A stretch of 64,000 bases of DNA from Promethearchaeati archaeon (GCA_013166775.1 JABLTJ010000027.1:1-64000); one strand, 5' to 3'. Numbered from the stretch's first letter, positions 10,229 through 20,993 are shown. The notes: a model not told the origin generated them from the letters alone. Numbers and translations: made by a program.

Positions 10229-11166
10229 TACTCATCTCCTCCTGTATAGGTATAAGCTATCTCATTTACCTGAATGAAGCTCTTAGATGTCAACCTTGCG
10301 GGTTGAGCAAATCTCTCCAAATATCCATACTGATGTAACCATTGACAGTAAGCTAAGGTTGCTACCTCCCACCAACTGGATTGCATCATCTTGTTCAGAT
10401 GAGTTGTAATATCCGTTATGCTTCTGACTTCTTGTTCTTCTCTGAAATAATCGATAATAATACTGAAAATAGATTCGGTTCTTTCCTCAAGATAAGTTCG
10501 GATTAATCTTATTATATCTTCCATTTTCACCTTATTTGTGGTTTCTAATATAACACTTGTAAAAATGGTATCAAAAAGCTCAGACTTGTATTTCATCGCT
10601 TGTTCTAAAACTTCCCTTTTTGGTACTTCTCCATTCAGTAATACTTCTATTTGTGCTAATCTATCAAGCAATCTTACAATAAACAGATAGCTTTGAGCAA
10701 CATCATTCTTCATTATTAGAAATTTTTCTGCCTTTTCTAAATCACCTATTACCATAGCTACTATTGTCAATATCTGCAATTCAACATCTCTTTTTCCTGG
10801 AGATTGTGCTTGTTGAATGTATTCGCTTATAGTTTCATCTTTAGAAAAAAGAATCTTGCTAGTATTGATCATGTGTTGAAACCATGAACCTGTTAATGAG
10901 CGCTCAAATTGTCTTTTGAAATTATTTCTCGAATATACAGATACTTGAAAATTTAAATCATCTTGATCTAACCAATAGAATCTGTATGGAACTTTTTCAT
11001 CATTACTTATTAAAAAGATATCAACATCCGATTTCTCCCAAACATTTCCTTCTATCAAGCTTCCAAAAAGCACTGCTGTAATTATATTTTTATCTTCTTT
11101 GATGAAATCAACAAATGTTTCAAGAGCTTCATCAAATCTTTTCTTTACATTTTTTTTCTCATTCAT
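10228..11166 (-). CDS. Pol-beta-family nucleotidyltransferase (YgxA/KNTase-like: NTase, helical domain, C-terminal wHTH)
   Basis: LFGSL..GNVWEKSDVDI (GS..DxD) motif; stop overlaps uvrA start (TAATG). Confidence 0.8.
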   Translation of the reverse strand: MNEKKNVKKRFDEALETFVDFIKEDKNIITAVLFGSLIEGNVWEKSDVDIFLISNDEKVPYRFYWLDQDDLNFQVSVYSRNNFKRQFERSLTGSWFQHMINTSKILFSKDETISEYIQQAQSPGKRDVELQILTIVAMVIGDLEKAEKFLIMKNDVAQSYLFIVRLLDRLAQIEVLLNGEVPKREVLEQAMKYKSELFDTIFTSVILETTNKVKMEDIIRLIRTYLEERTESIFSIIIDYFREEQEVRSITDITTHLNKMMQSSWWEVATLAYCQWLHQYGYLERFAQPARLTSKSFIQVNEIAYTYTGGDE

Positions 11167-11204
11167 TCTTGATTCCTCTTATTTTAAGACGATGTTGTTG
11201 CAAC

Positions 11205-11238
11205 GTATTGTTCGCGAGAAAAAATCTCACGAACATAC
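11205..11238 (-). promoter_or_regulatory. Stem-loop in leader of NTase-uvrA operon
   Basis: Minus strand GTAT-GTTCGTGAGA-TTTTT-TCTCGCGAAC-A-ATAC; the one mismatch is a G-U pair on the transcribed strand. Confidence 0.5.
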
Positions 11239-11343
11239 AAACCGGTTCAGAAAATAATTCTCTGATAGAATTATAAAATATGGTCGAAGAACTACTGTAT
11301 TCTGGTATTCCAGTTTTTATGAACAAGCGAATACTATCATCAT

Positions 11344-12042
11344 ATGGAAATGATTTTATATGGATTTTTTTCTTCTGTTTTGGAGTGGATTATCATAGTT
11401 CATGAGTTTTTTATTGCTTTGGGAATATCTTTTACAATGGTATTCACAGCAGAACTAGGTGATAAGACACAATTGTTTACTTTTCTATTAGGAACTTATT
11501 TTTCAGAAAGAAAATTATTGTTAGCTCTATCTGTTTTTACTGGGATGGGATTGGTTACACTTCTTGGAGTTGGTATAGCAAAACTCTTTCAACACTATCT
11601 AGAGATTTCCATTCTACAGATTATTGGTGGATCAGTATTTATTACCTTAGGTGTTTTAACTCTAGGAAAAGCAATCTATGATCGATTCAAAGATGAAGAA
11701 GATGAAGTGTGTGAGATTCCTGAAGAAGAGAAGACAGAAAAACGCATAATGAAGCTGCTGAAAACAAAGAATCCTTTTATTTTCGTTGGATTGTTAAGTA
11801 TTTTTTATATTTTGATGGAATTAGGAGATAAAAGCCAAATAATGATACTTATGTTACTTATTACAAATAATTGGGTAGGTGTTTTTATAGGAGCAATGAT
11901 TGCCTTTATGATTTTGAATGTATTAGGTATTTTTGCAGCTTCTTTTGTTAAAAAATTATGTGATAATAATCCATTAATAATGACTTTAATAACAGCATCA
12001 GTTTCTTTAGCATTAGGTTTATGGATGATTCTAACTAGATGA
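11344..12042 (+). CDS. GDT1/TMEM165 (UPF0016) Ca2+/Mn2+ transporter
   Basis: Two ELGDKT/SQ motifs, acidic central loop; true start may be downstream. Confidence 0.92.
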   Translation: MEMILYGFFSSVLEWIIIVHEFFIALGISFTMVFTAELGDKTQLFTFLLGTYFSERKLLLALSVFTGMGLVTLLGVGIAKLFQHYLEISILQIIGGSVFITLGVLTLGKAIYDRFKDEEDEVCEIPEEEKTEKRIMKLLKTKNPFIFVGLLSIFYILMELGDKSQIMILMLLITNNWVGVFIGAMIAFMILNVLGIFAASFVKKLCDNNPLIMTLITASVSLALGLWMILTR

Positions 12043-12103
12043 TATTATAATAACTCAACAGTCAGAAAATAATTTAAAAAAATGGTTTAATCTGGCAAAT
12101 CTG

Positions 12104-12529
12104 CTAATTAGCATCTTTTGCTTCTGATAAATGTTGCTGGCATATTCTCCAGCTTCCTTTTCGCTTTTCTAGAACTCCAGTCCATCTGATATTTTTAGAA
12201 CCCCATGGTTCTCCATCGAATTCTCCTTCATCGTCTACTATAGCAGAGAACCAAGATACATCTTTACTTTGTGAGATTACAATTCTTAGATTTCTTATTT
12301 CATATCCCTTAGCAATGTTTCGTGGATCCATCCATGAGTCCAAGAATTTTTCAAACTGATTCCAGCCTATGGCAGTACTCTTGGAGTCTGGAAAAATTGA
12401 GAAAAAATCATCATCATTTGCAAAGATACTTTCAAAGAGTGCTCTATCTTTGGTTAGAGCCCATCCAAAAGCATCATGGAGAATTTTGCTAATCTCTTGC
12501 TTAGCTTTAATCTCATTTGAAGTTGGCAA
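12104..12529 (-). CDS. SnoaL/NTF2-like protein
   Basis: DVSWFS..D..G....NIRWTGVLEKRKGSWRICQQHLS. Confidence 0.85.
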   Translation of the reverse strand: MPTSNEIKAKQEISKILHDAFGWALTKDRALFESIFANDDDFFSIFPDSKSTAIGWNQFEKFLDSWMDPRNIAKGYEIRNLRIVISQSKDVSWFSAIVDDEGEFDGEPWGSKNIRWTGVLEKRKGSWRICQQHLSEAKDAN

Positions 12530-12671
12530 ATCAAATCAACAAAGAATCTATTTCACAAACCATAATAAGAATTTTGTATTTGTGAAAAATTAATCATTAA
12601 ATGAAAGAGAATATCTACATGAAAAAAAATACACCCCTCATCTATGAAATAATCTAAATTTTTATACCAAA

Positions 12672-15086
12672 TTATTCATACAGAAGAGCTGAAACCACAT
12701 TGGTTTTTGATGCTCTAATTCCAGGATAGAGTGTACTTAATGTACCAACTATAAGGCCAATTGCTATTCCTATCAATATATCAAACGGTGATAAGATAAA
12801 ACTGCATAGTAAGTAAATATCTGATACTATTTTTACAATTAGCATTCCAAGAACAATTCCGAAAATGAAACTTCCAATAATACTAGCTATAACACCAATA
12901 AAAACACCTTCTATTAGAAAAGATGATGTAATCCAAGTTGGTTTTGAGCCTATAAGTTTCAGAAGGGAAATTTCTTTTTGTCTTTCTGATGCTGACATTA
13001 TGAAGGAATTCATTCCACCTAGAAATGATATAATAATCCCAAATACAATTACTATAGTAAAAATATTGAGCACAAAATTCATTTGGTCTTTAAATATATC
13101 TTTTATTTTTCCAATTCCATCAACATGCCAAGCTCTGGCAACTATTTCTTCATATTTCTTTAAATCACTAGTTATTTCTTCTTCTAAAGAGTTATCTTTA
13201 AGTTCAAGATAAACAGTATTTACAATGTTTGAATCACCACAAAAATCATTCATTGTACTCATTGGGATGTACATAATGTGACCATTTTGTTGTAGATCTT
13301 CGATTATTCCTACAATTGTAAAATTCCTAAATTGTTTGTTAGATTCCAATTCAATAGTTTTATGTAATCCATGATTCATCCCTGAGTGTTTTTCGATAAA
13401 GAGTCGTGTTACTACAATATTGCTAGTATTAGCATCGGCTGAAGTCAATAACCGACCTTCTACTAATCGATAAGATTCCAGAATAGAATCAGAGGGATAT
13501 ATTCCTAAAAGTGGAACATACATATGAATTCCCCAACTAGTATCATTATATCCTGCCCAGTACCATCTGATATAATGAATGGCTTTGAATTCATCAGTAT
13601 AATGAGTAGATGTATAACCATCAACAACATACTGAACTTCTGTCAAGTTTGTTTCTGGAAGATATAATGAGATATCAGTAGGTTGATTATCATACATTTC
13701 ATCAACACCTTTCAAGTAACTGTTTCTAGCAGCTGTAATTGAAACTACTAAAGCAATGGCCAAAGAAAGCATTAGAATATTCATGATTGATCTTTTCTTA
13801 TTTCTAAACAGATTTCTAAAACTGTATTTCCAAATCACAATCTTTTCCATTGCTTTGGTTTTATTTCTCTTAATCTTTAAAGGAGCATCTCTAAATGCTT
13901 CCATAGAGGTAATTTTTAAGGTTCGAAGGATTGTTGGTAATGCAAATATTACTGAAGTTGCTACAGGTATTACTATTCCTAATGCAATTGATAAAGGTGT
14001 AACCTTAAAGATAAAAGTGCTAACATTGAAAGGCGCTAATATCATTCTGATTAATAGCCTTGAAACTCCTAAAGATATCACGATTCCTAAAATAGCACCA
14101 AAAATGCCGAAAATTACTGCTTCTAAGAGATAAATAGAAAGAATATGTTTTTTTCTTCCTCCTATAACTTTTAGCAATGCAATATCTCCTTTTTCTGCAG
14201 CTACTGCCATTTGAATTGTATTAGCTGATAGTATTCCACCAGTAATTAAACTAAAAACACCCATCAAAGTTATAATAGCTCCTATTAGTCCAAGTAGCCA
14301 AGTTCTCCAATCTGTTTCTAGATTATAATAATTTGTTGCAAAAACATCTATCCCTTCATTAACTAGTGCCTTCTTTACTTTTTCAGATTCAACTGGTATA
14401 TTGTCTACATCGATTAGTTTCACGAATACACTAGTAACAACATCTTCTTTGCCAAGAAGTGTTTGAATTTGATCAATACTTATCCATATCTGTAAAATGG
14501 TTTCAAATGTATAGCTAGGAGAATAGACATTACGTGCATATCCAACTACCTTTAAGTCGATTGTATTTACAATTTCTTCTTCGTTCAAATACTTGAATTC
14601 TATAGTACTATTTAATTGGACATCAAATTCCTTAGCAGCAGAAAAATCTAACAGAATTTCATTTTTCCCTTCTTCAGGCAGCTCTCCTTCTACTAGAAAT
14701 ATCCCAGCGAGCGAAGTTAGACTTGCAATTCTTTCTATTTCAATACCTCGCAATTCTGAATTATGTATCTCTGAATTGATCTCGAACGAAGCAGAATATC
14801 GGAATGATGGTTCATAATCTTTTACTATTGGAACATTAGTCAAATAATCATCTTTCCAGATAGAAACAGTTTCATAATCAAATAGTATTTCAAAATCTGC
14901 ACTGTTTATACCATAGTCATACTCAGCTGATTCAAGTATGCTATCAGAAGTAATCATAAAACCAGTTATACTGAAAACACCGATCGCTAAACCAAATATT
15001 GTTAATATAGTTCTTAATTTCCTTTGATTAAAATCTCGCAAAATCTTAAGAAAAAGCAAATTCCTCACCTCATGACTGATTACCAT
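12672..15086 (-). CDS. ABC transporter permease (FtsX/MacB-like, duplicated)
   Basis: Two R.xLT..G.AIGV / ER..EI..LK.IG halves with extracytoplasmic domains; probable start GTG 15068. Confidence 0.92.
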   Translation of the reverse strand: MVISHEVRNLLFLKILRDFNQRKLRTILTIFGLAIGVFSITGFMITSDSILESAEYDYGINSADFEILFDYETVSIWKDDYLTNVPIVKDYEPSFRYSASFEINSEIHNSELRGIEIERIASLTSLAGIFLVEGELPEEGKNEILLDFSAAKEFDVQLNSTIEFKYLNEEEIVNTIDLKVVGYARNVYSPSYTFETILQIWISIDQIQTLLGKEDVVTSVFVKLIDVDNIPVESEKVKKALVNEGIDVFATNYYNLETDWRTWLLGLIGAIITLMGVFSLITGGILSANTIQMAVAAEKGDIALLKVIGGRKKHILSIYLLEAVIFGIFGAILGIVISLGVSRLLIRMILAPFNVSTFIFKVTPLSIALGIVIPVATSVIFALPTILRTLKITSMEAFRDAPLKIKRNKTKAMEKIVIWKYSFRNLFRNKKRSIMNILMLSLAIALVVSITAARNSYLKGVDEMYDNQPTDISLYLPETNLTEVQYVVDGYTSTHYTDEFKAIHYIRWYWAGYNDTSWGIHMYVPLLGIYPSDSILESYRLVEGRLLTSADANTSNIVVTRLFIEKHSGMNHGLHKTIELESNKQFRNFTIVGIIEDLQQNGHIMYIPMSTMNDFCGDSNIVNTVYLELKDNSLEEEITSDLKKYEEIVARAWHVDGIGKIKDIFKDQMNFVLNIFTIVIVFGIIISFLGGMNSFIMSASERQKEISLLKLIGSKPTWITSSFLIEGVFIGVIASIIGSFIFGIVLGMLIVKIVSDIYLLCSFILSPFDILIGIAIGLIVGTLSTLYPGIRASKTNVVSALLYE

Positions 15087-15843
15087 TTGATATGTGAGAG
15101 ATTATTTTTCCATCTTCGATTTCAATAATTTCTGTACAATAATCTAGAATTCTTGAATCATGACTCACCACAATAATGGTAATACCCTGTTCTAAATTTA
15201 ATTTTTTTAATAGTTCTAAAATTTCTCTTCCACTTGTACTATCTAAATTACCAGTAGGTTCATCTGCAAACAATATTTTAGGAGAATTAATTAATGCTCT
15301 CGCAATAGCAACTCTCTGCTTTTGTCCTCCTGATAATTGAGATGGTAGATGATTTACTCTGTTCTCCAATCCAACCAAAGAGAGTAATTCTAAGGCCTTA
15401 GCTTTTCTCACTTTGTCTTTAATCCCACCAAAATATCCTGCCATCATAACATTCTCTAGGACAGTTAAAGTTGGAAGAAGTCCGAAAAATTGCAACACAA
15501 AACCAACATTTCTTGCTCTAAATTCAGCTAATGAACTTTCCGTTTTTCCCAGAATAGTATAGTTATCAAGTTGTAATAATTGTTCTTCTTCTTTTGTTGG
15601 TTTATCTAAACCTGCTAATATATGTATTAAGGTAGATTTACCACTCCCTGATGGTCCTATAATAGCAACAAAAGAACCTGTTTGAATTTTTAGATCAATA
15701 TTTTGTAATGCAATTGTTTTAACGTGAGAATTATTATATACTTTTGAAAGATTCTGTGCTATAATAATTGCATCATCATTAATTGCAAATAAATCATTTT
15801 TTTGTTCAGTTCTTAACATTATTCTCGTCTCGTTATTATTCAA
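15070..15843 (-). CDS. ABC transporter ATP-binding protein (LolD/MacB-like)
   Basis: GPSGSGKST, LSGGQKQRVAIARAL, ADEPTGNLD. Confidence 0.95.
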   Translation of the reverse strand: MNNNETRIMLRTEQKNDLFAINDDAIIIAQNLSKVYNNSHVKTIALQNIDLKIQTGSFVAIIGPSGSGKSTLIHILAGLDKPTKEEEQLLQLDNYTILGKTESSLAEFRARNVGFVLQFFGLLPTLTVLENVMMAGYFGGIKDKVRKAKALELLSLVGLENRVNHLPSQLSGGQKQRVAIARALINSPKILFADEPTGNLDSTSGREILELLKKLNLEQGITIIVVSHDSRILDYCTEIIEIEDGKIISHISNGNQS

Positions 15844-16216
15844 AGTACGATATTCACAACAAGAGATAGCATTCAGAAACTTATAAATGCTCTCATTAGA
15901 TGAGAAAGATATATTATATTTTAAAATGATGTTCTCCTAAAAATAGAATGTTTTTAAGAACGCGCCTAAAGAGTTATGGATAAAGAGTAGAAAAATTGGA
16001 AAACAAGCTATTCCAAATATTTCGGATTTCCAAAATAAGGGTATTTTCAAACTAAAAGGAGATATTCGAAAATGATACCAGATTCAAGATACTGGAAAAT
16101 TATAAGCACAATATTTCTAGCTTTAATAATTGATTAGTTGGTTATACAATAATTGGGGTCATCTCGGATTTTGTAAAAAACGAGAATTTTTGAATTAAAA
16201 AAGCTCTACGTTAGTC

Positions 16217-16783
16217 ATGAAAAGGGGTTTGCTTTTTGTTTTAATATCAATAATATCTTTTTCTTCACTAAGTTCAGCTTCAACAATTTCTCATATGTTC
16301 ACTGCCGGATATGGTTCAGAATTTACATTAGAAGTTACAGTGGATAATATACAAACAGAACAGCAAGTAATCTATAATGTAACGATGAAGCTTCAAATTG
16401 ATAAATTTGGTTCCAGTGTGTCTAAAATAAACCAAGTCCGTTTATATGCAAAAATATTGGGAGAAACTTATCAGACAACCAGCTACAAGCAAGGTGAAGA
16501 AGATATACTAAAGTCACCTGGTTCTTCAAAGAGTGTAAATGCTAGCTTTTTATTTGATATAACAAACGTTACAGAAGAAGTCATAATCTACAGTGCTGCA
16601 TCATTAAACGAGTATCTCTTTGAAGATACTTTCAAAACCACATGTACTGTTTGGTTTAACGAACAAACAATAACAATGGAGCCAACGATGGAAACAAGTT
16701 ACATAGGTTATTTAACCATTGTATTTGCTATTAGCTTGTTAATAATCGTTAGATTTCATAAAAAAGAAAAGAAGAGAAGATAG
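16217..16783 (+). CDS. Secreted beta-rich protein with C-terminal TM anchor and basic tail
   Basis: Signal peptide; C-terminal YIGYLTIVFAISLLIIVRFHKKEKKRR. Confidence 0.8.
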   Translation: MKRGLLFVLISIISFSSLSSASTISHMFTAGYGSEFTLEVTVDNIQTEQQVIYNVTMKLQIDKFGSSVSKINQVRLYAKILGETYQTTSYKQGEEDILKSPGSSKSVNASFLFDITNVTEEVIIYSAASLNEYLFEDTFKTTCTVWFNEQTITMEPTMETSYIGYLTIVFAISLLIIVRFHKKEKKRR

Positions 16784-16964
16784 TTAGGTAAGGTTTCTCT
16801 TACGTCTAGCTATGTACATCTTAAAACTGATTCAAGATTTTAGCTTCCAGAGAGCTATAGATACAACATTTTTTTTTAAAGATTGATTTTAGAAATGACA
16901 ATCTCAATGAACTCCTAGACAGTTCATCAAAAGATAATTATATCACAACTGATAATTCTTATCC

Positions 16965-17912
16965 ATGCGAATAGGTTTGCATATAGGTAAATTTAACTGG
17001 CCTGGAAGCCCAATTAACATTTCTGACAAGCTAACTGAAATTGCTAAAGCTGCAGATAATGCAGGTTTCTACAGCATTTGGATCATGGATCATATTTTTC
17101 AGCTTGGAGCTCAGTATGGAGAGATACATGGGCCTGAAGAAGATGAAATGCTAGAAGCTTACACAACAGTTGCTCATTTAGCTGCAGTAACCAAAAGAAT
17201 CAAAGTAGGAGCACAAGTTACTTGTAATTTTTTCAGAAATCCTGCCCTTCTTGTTAAGATGCTTACAACAATAGATGTTTTATCAAAAGGAAGAACCTAT
17301 TTTGGAATAGGAGCTGGATGGTTTGAAAGAGAAGCAGTTGGATATGGATATGATTTTCCATCGTTAAAAATACGTTTTCAACAGCTTGAAGAATCTTTGA
17401 AGATTATCAAACACATTTGGTCTGGAAATACTCAACCTTTTGAAGGTAAATTTATCACTCTTAAAGAACCTTTGAATAATCCCCCTCCAATAACTAAACC
17501 CCATCCTCCTATTTTAATAGGTGGATCAGGTGAGAAGAAAACTCTTAGATTCGTAGCAAAATATGCTGATGCTTGCAATATTGTAATTGGAACCACACTA
17601 AAGAATGCTGGAGTATTAACAGGAGAAGATTTTACATGGGATAATGCCATGGAACGCGTAAAACACAAATATTCTGTTCTCAAGCAACACTGTAAAGATG
17701 TAGGACGACCGTATAGTCAGATAGAAAAAACTGTTACTACTTACATTCAACTCTCTCCTGATGCGATGAGTGCAGAAGATGTAATAGAGATATGTAAGAA
17801 GCTAAGCAAAATCGGATGTGAACATGTGGTATTTAACATGCCCAATGTCCATGAAATAAAACCCCTTGAGATAATGGGACAACATGTAATTCCAAAGGTT
17901 TCAGATTTCTAA
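16965..17912 (+). CDS. LLM-class (probably F420-dependent) oxidoreductase
   Basis: GFYSIWIMDH, RNPALLVKM.TTIDVLSKGR..FGIGAGW, PHPPILIGGSGEKKTLR. Confidence 0.92.
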   Translation: MRIGLHIGKFNWPGSPINISDKLTEIAKAADNAGFYSIWIMDHIFQLGAQYGEIHGPEEDEMLEAYTTVAHLAAVTKRIKVGAQVTCNFFRNPALLVKMLTTIDVLSKGRTYFGIGAGWFEREAVGYGYDFPSLKIRFQQLEESLKIIKHIWSGNTQPFEGKFITLKEPLNNPPPITKPHPPILIGGSGEKKTLRFVAKYADACNIVIGTTLKNAGVLTGEDFTWDNAMERVKHKYSVLKQHCKDVGRPYSQIEKTVTTYIQLSPDAMSAEDVIEICKKLSKIGCEHVVFNMPNVHEIKPLEIMGQHVIPKVSDF

Positions 17913-18028
17913 ACAGGTTCTAAGATAAGAAATAAAATAATAAGACTTTCAAGTATTAATCCAAGGTTTACTTCTAGAATTTTGTAAAAAGTAAGAATTT
18001 GTTTATTTAGAAAAGCTTTCCGTTCTTA

Positions 18029-18304
18029 ATGAGAAGAAAATTACTCATTGTACTAATATCATTGATATTCTTTTCTTCACTAAATTCGGCTTCTGCTGCT
18101 ACTTGTACTGATAATGGTGAGTATGGTTCATTATATACCTTAGAAGTTGAAGTAGAAGAAATTCTCAATTTAGTTCGTCTTCTTGATCCACCTATCTATC
18201 TAAAGGAGAAAGTACCACTATCTGTCACACCTACTGCAATAAGAGAACTTTACGTCAAAATATTGAATCAATTACAAGCTATTGATGAAAAAATATCTGA
18301 ATGA
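18029..18304 (+). pseudogene. Chimeric remnant ORF (secreted-protein N-terminus fused to HTH-bPH2 C-terminus)
   Basis: aa 1-40 are 23/40 identical to the N-terminus of 16217-16783; last ~48 aa are 29/48 identical to the C-terminus of 6147-7082. Confidence 0.75.
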
Positions 18305-18357
18305 TGAATCTCATATAAATTCAGAATAATATTGAAAAAAAAGAAAAAAAAAGAAAG

Positions 18358-20070
18358 TTATGTTTTGTATCTTTTACGTCTGAATCTCATCGTTAAAACT
18401 AGCATAGCAATTATTGTTAGAATACTGATGGGTATTACGAATTCTCTAATGTGTGTTATCGAATATTGGACATGCACACAATTAGATGGTGAGCTGTTGA
18501 AATGAACATTATCAGCAACAACAACATAACCATAGATTCCTACATCAGGTAAAGTGTCAATAGTTTCATTTGCACTAATTGTATATATTGGATCTAAATG
18601 ATCAACAGACCAGATAAATGATGTATCTCTATAGACATAGTATTGTCTAACACCTTTTGCTTCATTCCACTCTAGTTTTAGTGTATCTGTACTAATCTCA
18701 TCTGGAACTATAGTAGCTAATGTAGGTTCAGCAGGTGGACCTATAAATCTCTTAAAATGGATGTCAGAATCAAGACCATAGTATGATAAATTCGTATAAT
18801 CTATCCATACTATATTCACACTTCCATACTTTCCAACTGATAAAGAAGGAAATCTAGAAGTTGTAGTACTGTCTGTGGAAATAGCTTCAATTTTTGACCA
18901 AGTTTCAGTATTGGATGAGAAAAATCTATAGATAATATCTAGAAATGTATCCTCACGATCAAAAGCTGCAGAATCTTCCCATGCAACATGGATATTATCA
19001 TCCGGATCTATATCAATGGAAGGTAACCAAGAAGTGGAAACTCCAGTATCTGATATTACTTCAAGTATATTCCAACTAGCTGAATCTTTATCATAGATTC
19101 TATAGAAAATATCAGCATCTCCTACAGCTCCATCAAAAGGCATTTCGTCGTCCCAGACTATATGAACATTATCAAGAGAATCAACTGCAATATCAGGATT
19201 TAATGACATGTCGTTACTTTCATTGGATAAGACCACAGTTAGTTGCCAGATTTTTGTTGTTGCATCTAAATACTTGTAGAAAATATCGTAATCACTACCT
19301 GAACCCAAGTAGACAGTCGGATCGTACCAAATAACGTGAACGTTACCAATGGAATCAATAGCTAGTTGAGGACACAAAGAGTGATCAGTGCTTTCAGTGG
19401 AGACAACTTGAGTAGTTGACCATGATTGTTTTGTCTCGTTCCAGATTTTATAGAAAATATCAAATTCTCCACCAGCACCTAAATAATCTGTATTGTCACC
19501 CCAAACTACGTGTATATTATCCGATAAATCAACTCCAATTGAGGGATTGACTGAATTTACAGAGCTTTCAGTTGAGATGGTAGTAATACTAGACCAGCTT
19601 TGCGTAGTAGCAATCCATTGTTTATGTAGAATAACTTGATTGTTTTCATCTCACACAAAATGGACATTATCTAACGAATCAATAGCAATATCAGGAGCAA
19701 ATGATTCTGCTGTGCTTTCAGAGACAACTTCAGTAACAGTCCATGTATTTGAATCTGTTTCCCATCGTTTGTAAAAGATATCTCTATCTGTACCCGCTCC
19801 TAAATAATTTGTTGGATCCCACCAGACAATATGAAGGTTCCCTATAGAATCGGTTGTTATTTCAGAAAATTCAGAGTTTTGGGTACTCTCCTTTGATAGA
19901 ACTTCAGTATCTGTCCAAAACCAGTCAGAATCTCTGATAGATTCAAATTGTCCATTCTCTGATTTTATTTGGAGAGCATTTAGAGTTGCAAGAAGTACGA
20001 ATGAAATAAGCAAGAGAAGAAAAATAGTTCTTAGGTCTTTAATTAAACTTCCTTTTTTTATTTTTATCAC
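18358..20070 (-). pseudogene. Surface beta-propeller-repeat plus FN3-like protein with TM anchor, interrupted by one in-frame TGA
   Basis: The two track ORFs share a frame; TGA at 19651-19653 sits at the W of the P.IA.DS..NVH.VW repeat; signal peptide and C-terminal TM plus RFRRKRYK. Confidence 0.85.
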
Positions 20071-20202
20071 CTCTAGAAATTTTTATGACCTAAAATTGTA
20101 CACTGATTCATTTTGTAATAAAGATTTCTCGAATTAGGGTAATTAAACTGCTTTCATCCTTTTATTCAAAAGAATTTTAAGGAGATAATCTTTGATAGAC
20201 AT

Positions 20203-20676
20203 ATGAAAATAATAAGTTTCTTGGGAGTTAAGGAGGATTTTGAATATCAATGGTTTGACACAACAGAGAATTATACAGTGATTCAATACATTGCTTTAGA
20301 TGAACAAGGAAGATACGAGGTTCAGATTGGACAAACTGATAGAGAAGCATATGGTTTAAACAGAAAACGAGTTGTGGTTTTTATTGAAGGCTATCCCTAT
20401 GCTGAATTTGTTGCTGCTGATGATTTTGATAAAACAGGTGACCTTCTTTCAGAGATCAGATTATTACAAGAAGACAATCGCTTGGATATGTGTGAATATC
20501 CAGAAGAAGGAATCCCATCAATGTATGCGAGCTTTACTGTAGAAGGTTTACCTAACAGGATTAAAGCAAAAGGTGTCCATAATGCTTGGTCTGTGGTTGC
20601 AAATATTAGTGATCACAGAGCAATGATAGCACTAGCTTTCCTAAGAAAAAAAGAAAAAGTGATGTTTGAGAAATAA
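20203..20676 (+). CDS. Hypothetical protein
   Basis: 157-aa ORF with ATG and protein-like composition; no motif recognised. Confidence 0.75.
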   Translation: MKIISFLGVKEDFEYQWFDTTENYTVIQYIALDEQGRYEVQIGQTDREAYGLNRKRVVVFIEGYPYAEFVAADDFDKTGDLLSEIRLLQEDNRLDMCEYPEEGIPSMYASFTVEGLPNRIKAKGVHNAWSVVANISDHRAMIALAFLRKKEKVMFEK

Positions 20677-20726
20677 AAACGTTGGAAAGCTAATTTCATG
20701 TCAAAGAAGGGAATCTTCCTTATTGA

Positions 20727-20903
20727 CTATCCTGATGGTTTTCCACCTTTACCCCAATGAGATTTTGGAAGGGCATGAACAAGAACCCTAACAGCTTCTG
20801 GAGATGTACCTCTTTTCACGAAAACCTCTGTCATGTCTTCTATTATTTCTGCAACTTGTTCATCAGTTCTTCCTTCCCATAAATATACATGTACGACTGG
20901 CAT
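20727..20903 (-). CDS. 4-oxalocrotonate tautomerase family protein
   Basis: M-P1 start, PVVHVYLWEGRTDEQ, HWGKGG. Confidence 0.92.
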   Translation of the reverse strand: MPVVHVYLWEGRTDEQVAEIIEDMTEVFVKRGTSPEAVRVLVHALPKSHWGKGGKPSG

Positions 20904-20993
20904 TTTTTCACCTTTCATTTTAAATATTACTAAATCAATTAATTAACACTCAGTAATAATTCTTTCTAGAATTTGATGAACCATGATGCTTTA

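Noticed and set aside
15850-16200. Short ORF fragments and TCTCAT/ATGAGA hairpin
   Set aside because: Short and expected by chance in AT-rich DNA
1954-19653. Genome-wide TGA=Trp or selenocysteine recoding
   Set aside because: TGA ends many evidently complete genes (e.g. 3873, 15070, 21523, 44899), TGG is used for Trp throughout, the two sites are Trp rather than Cys columns, and MsrB has Cys
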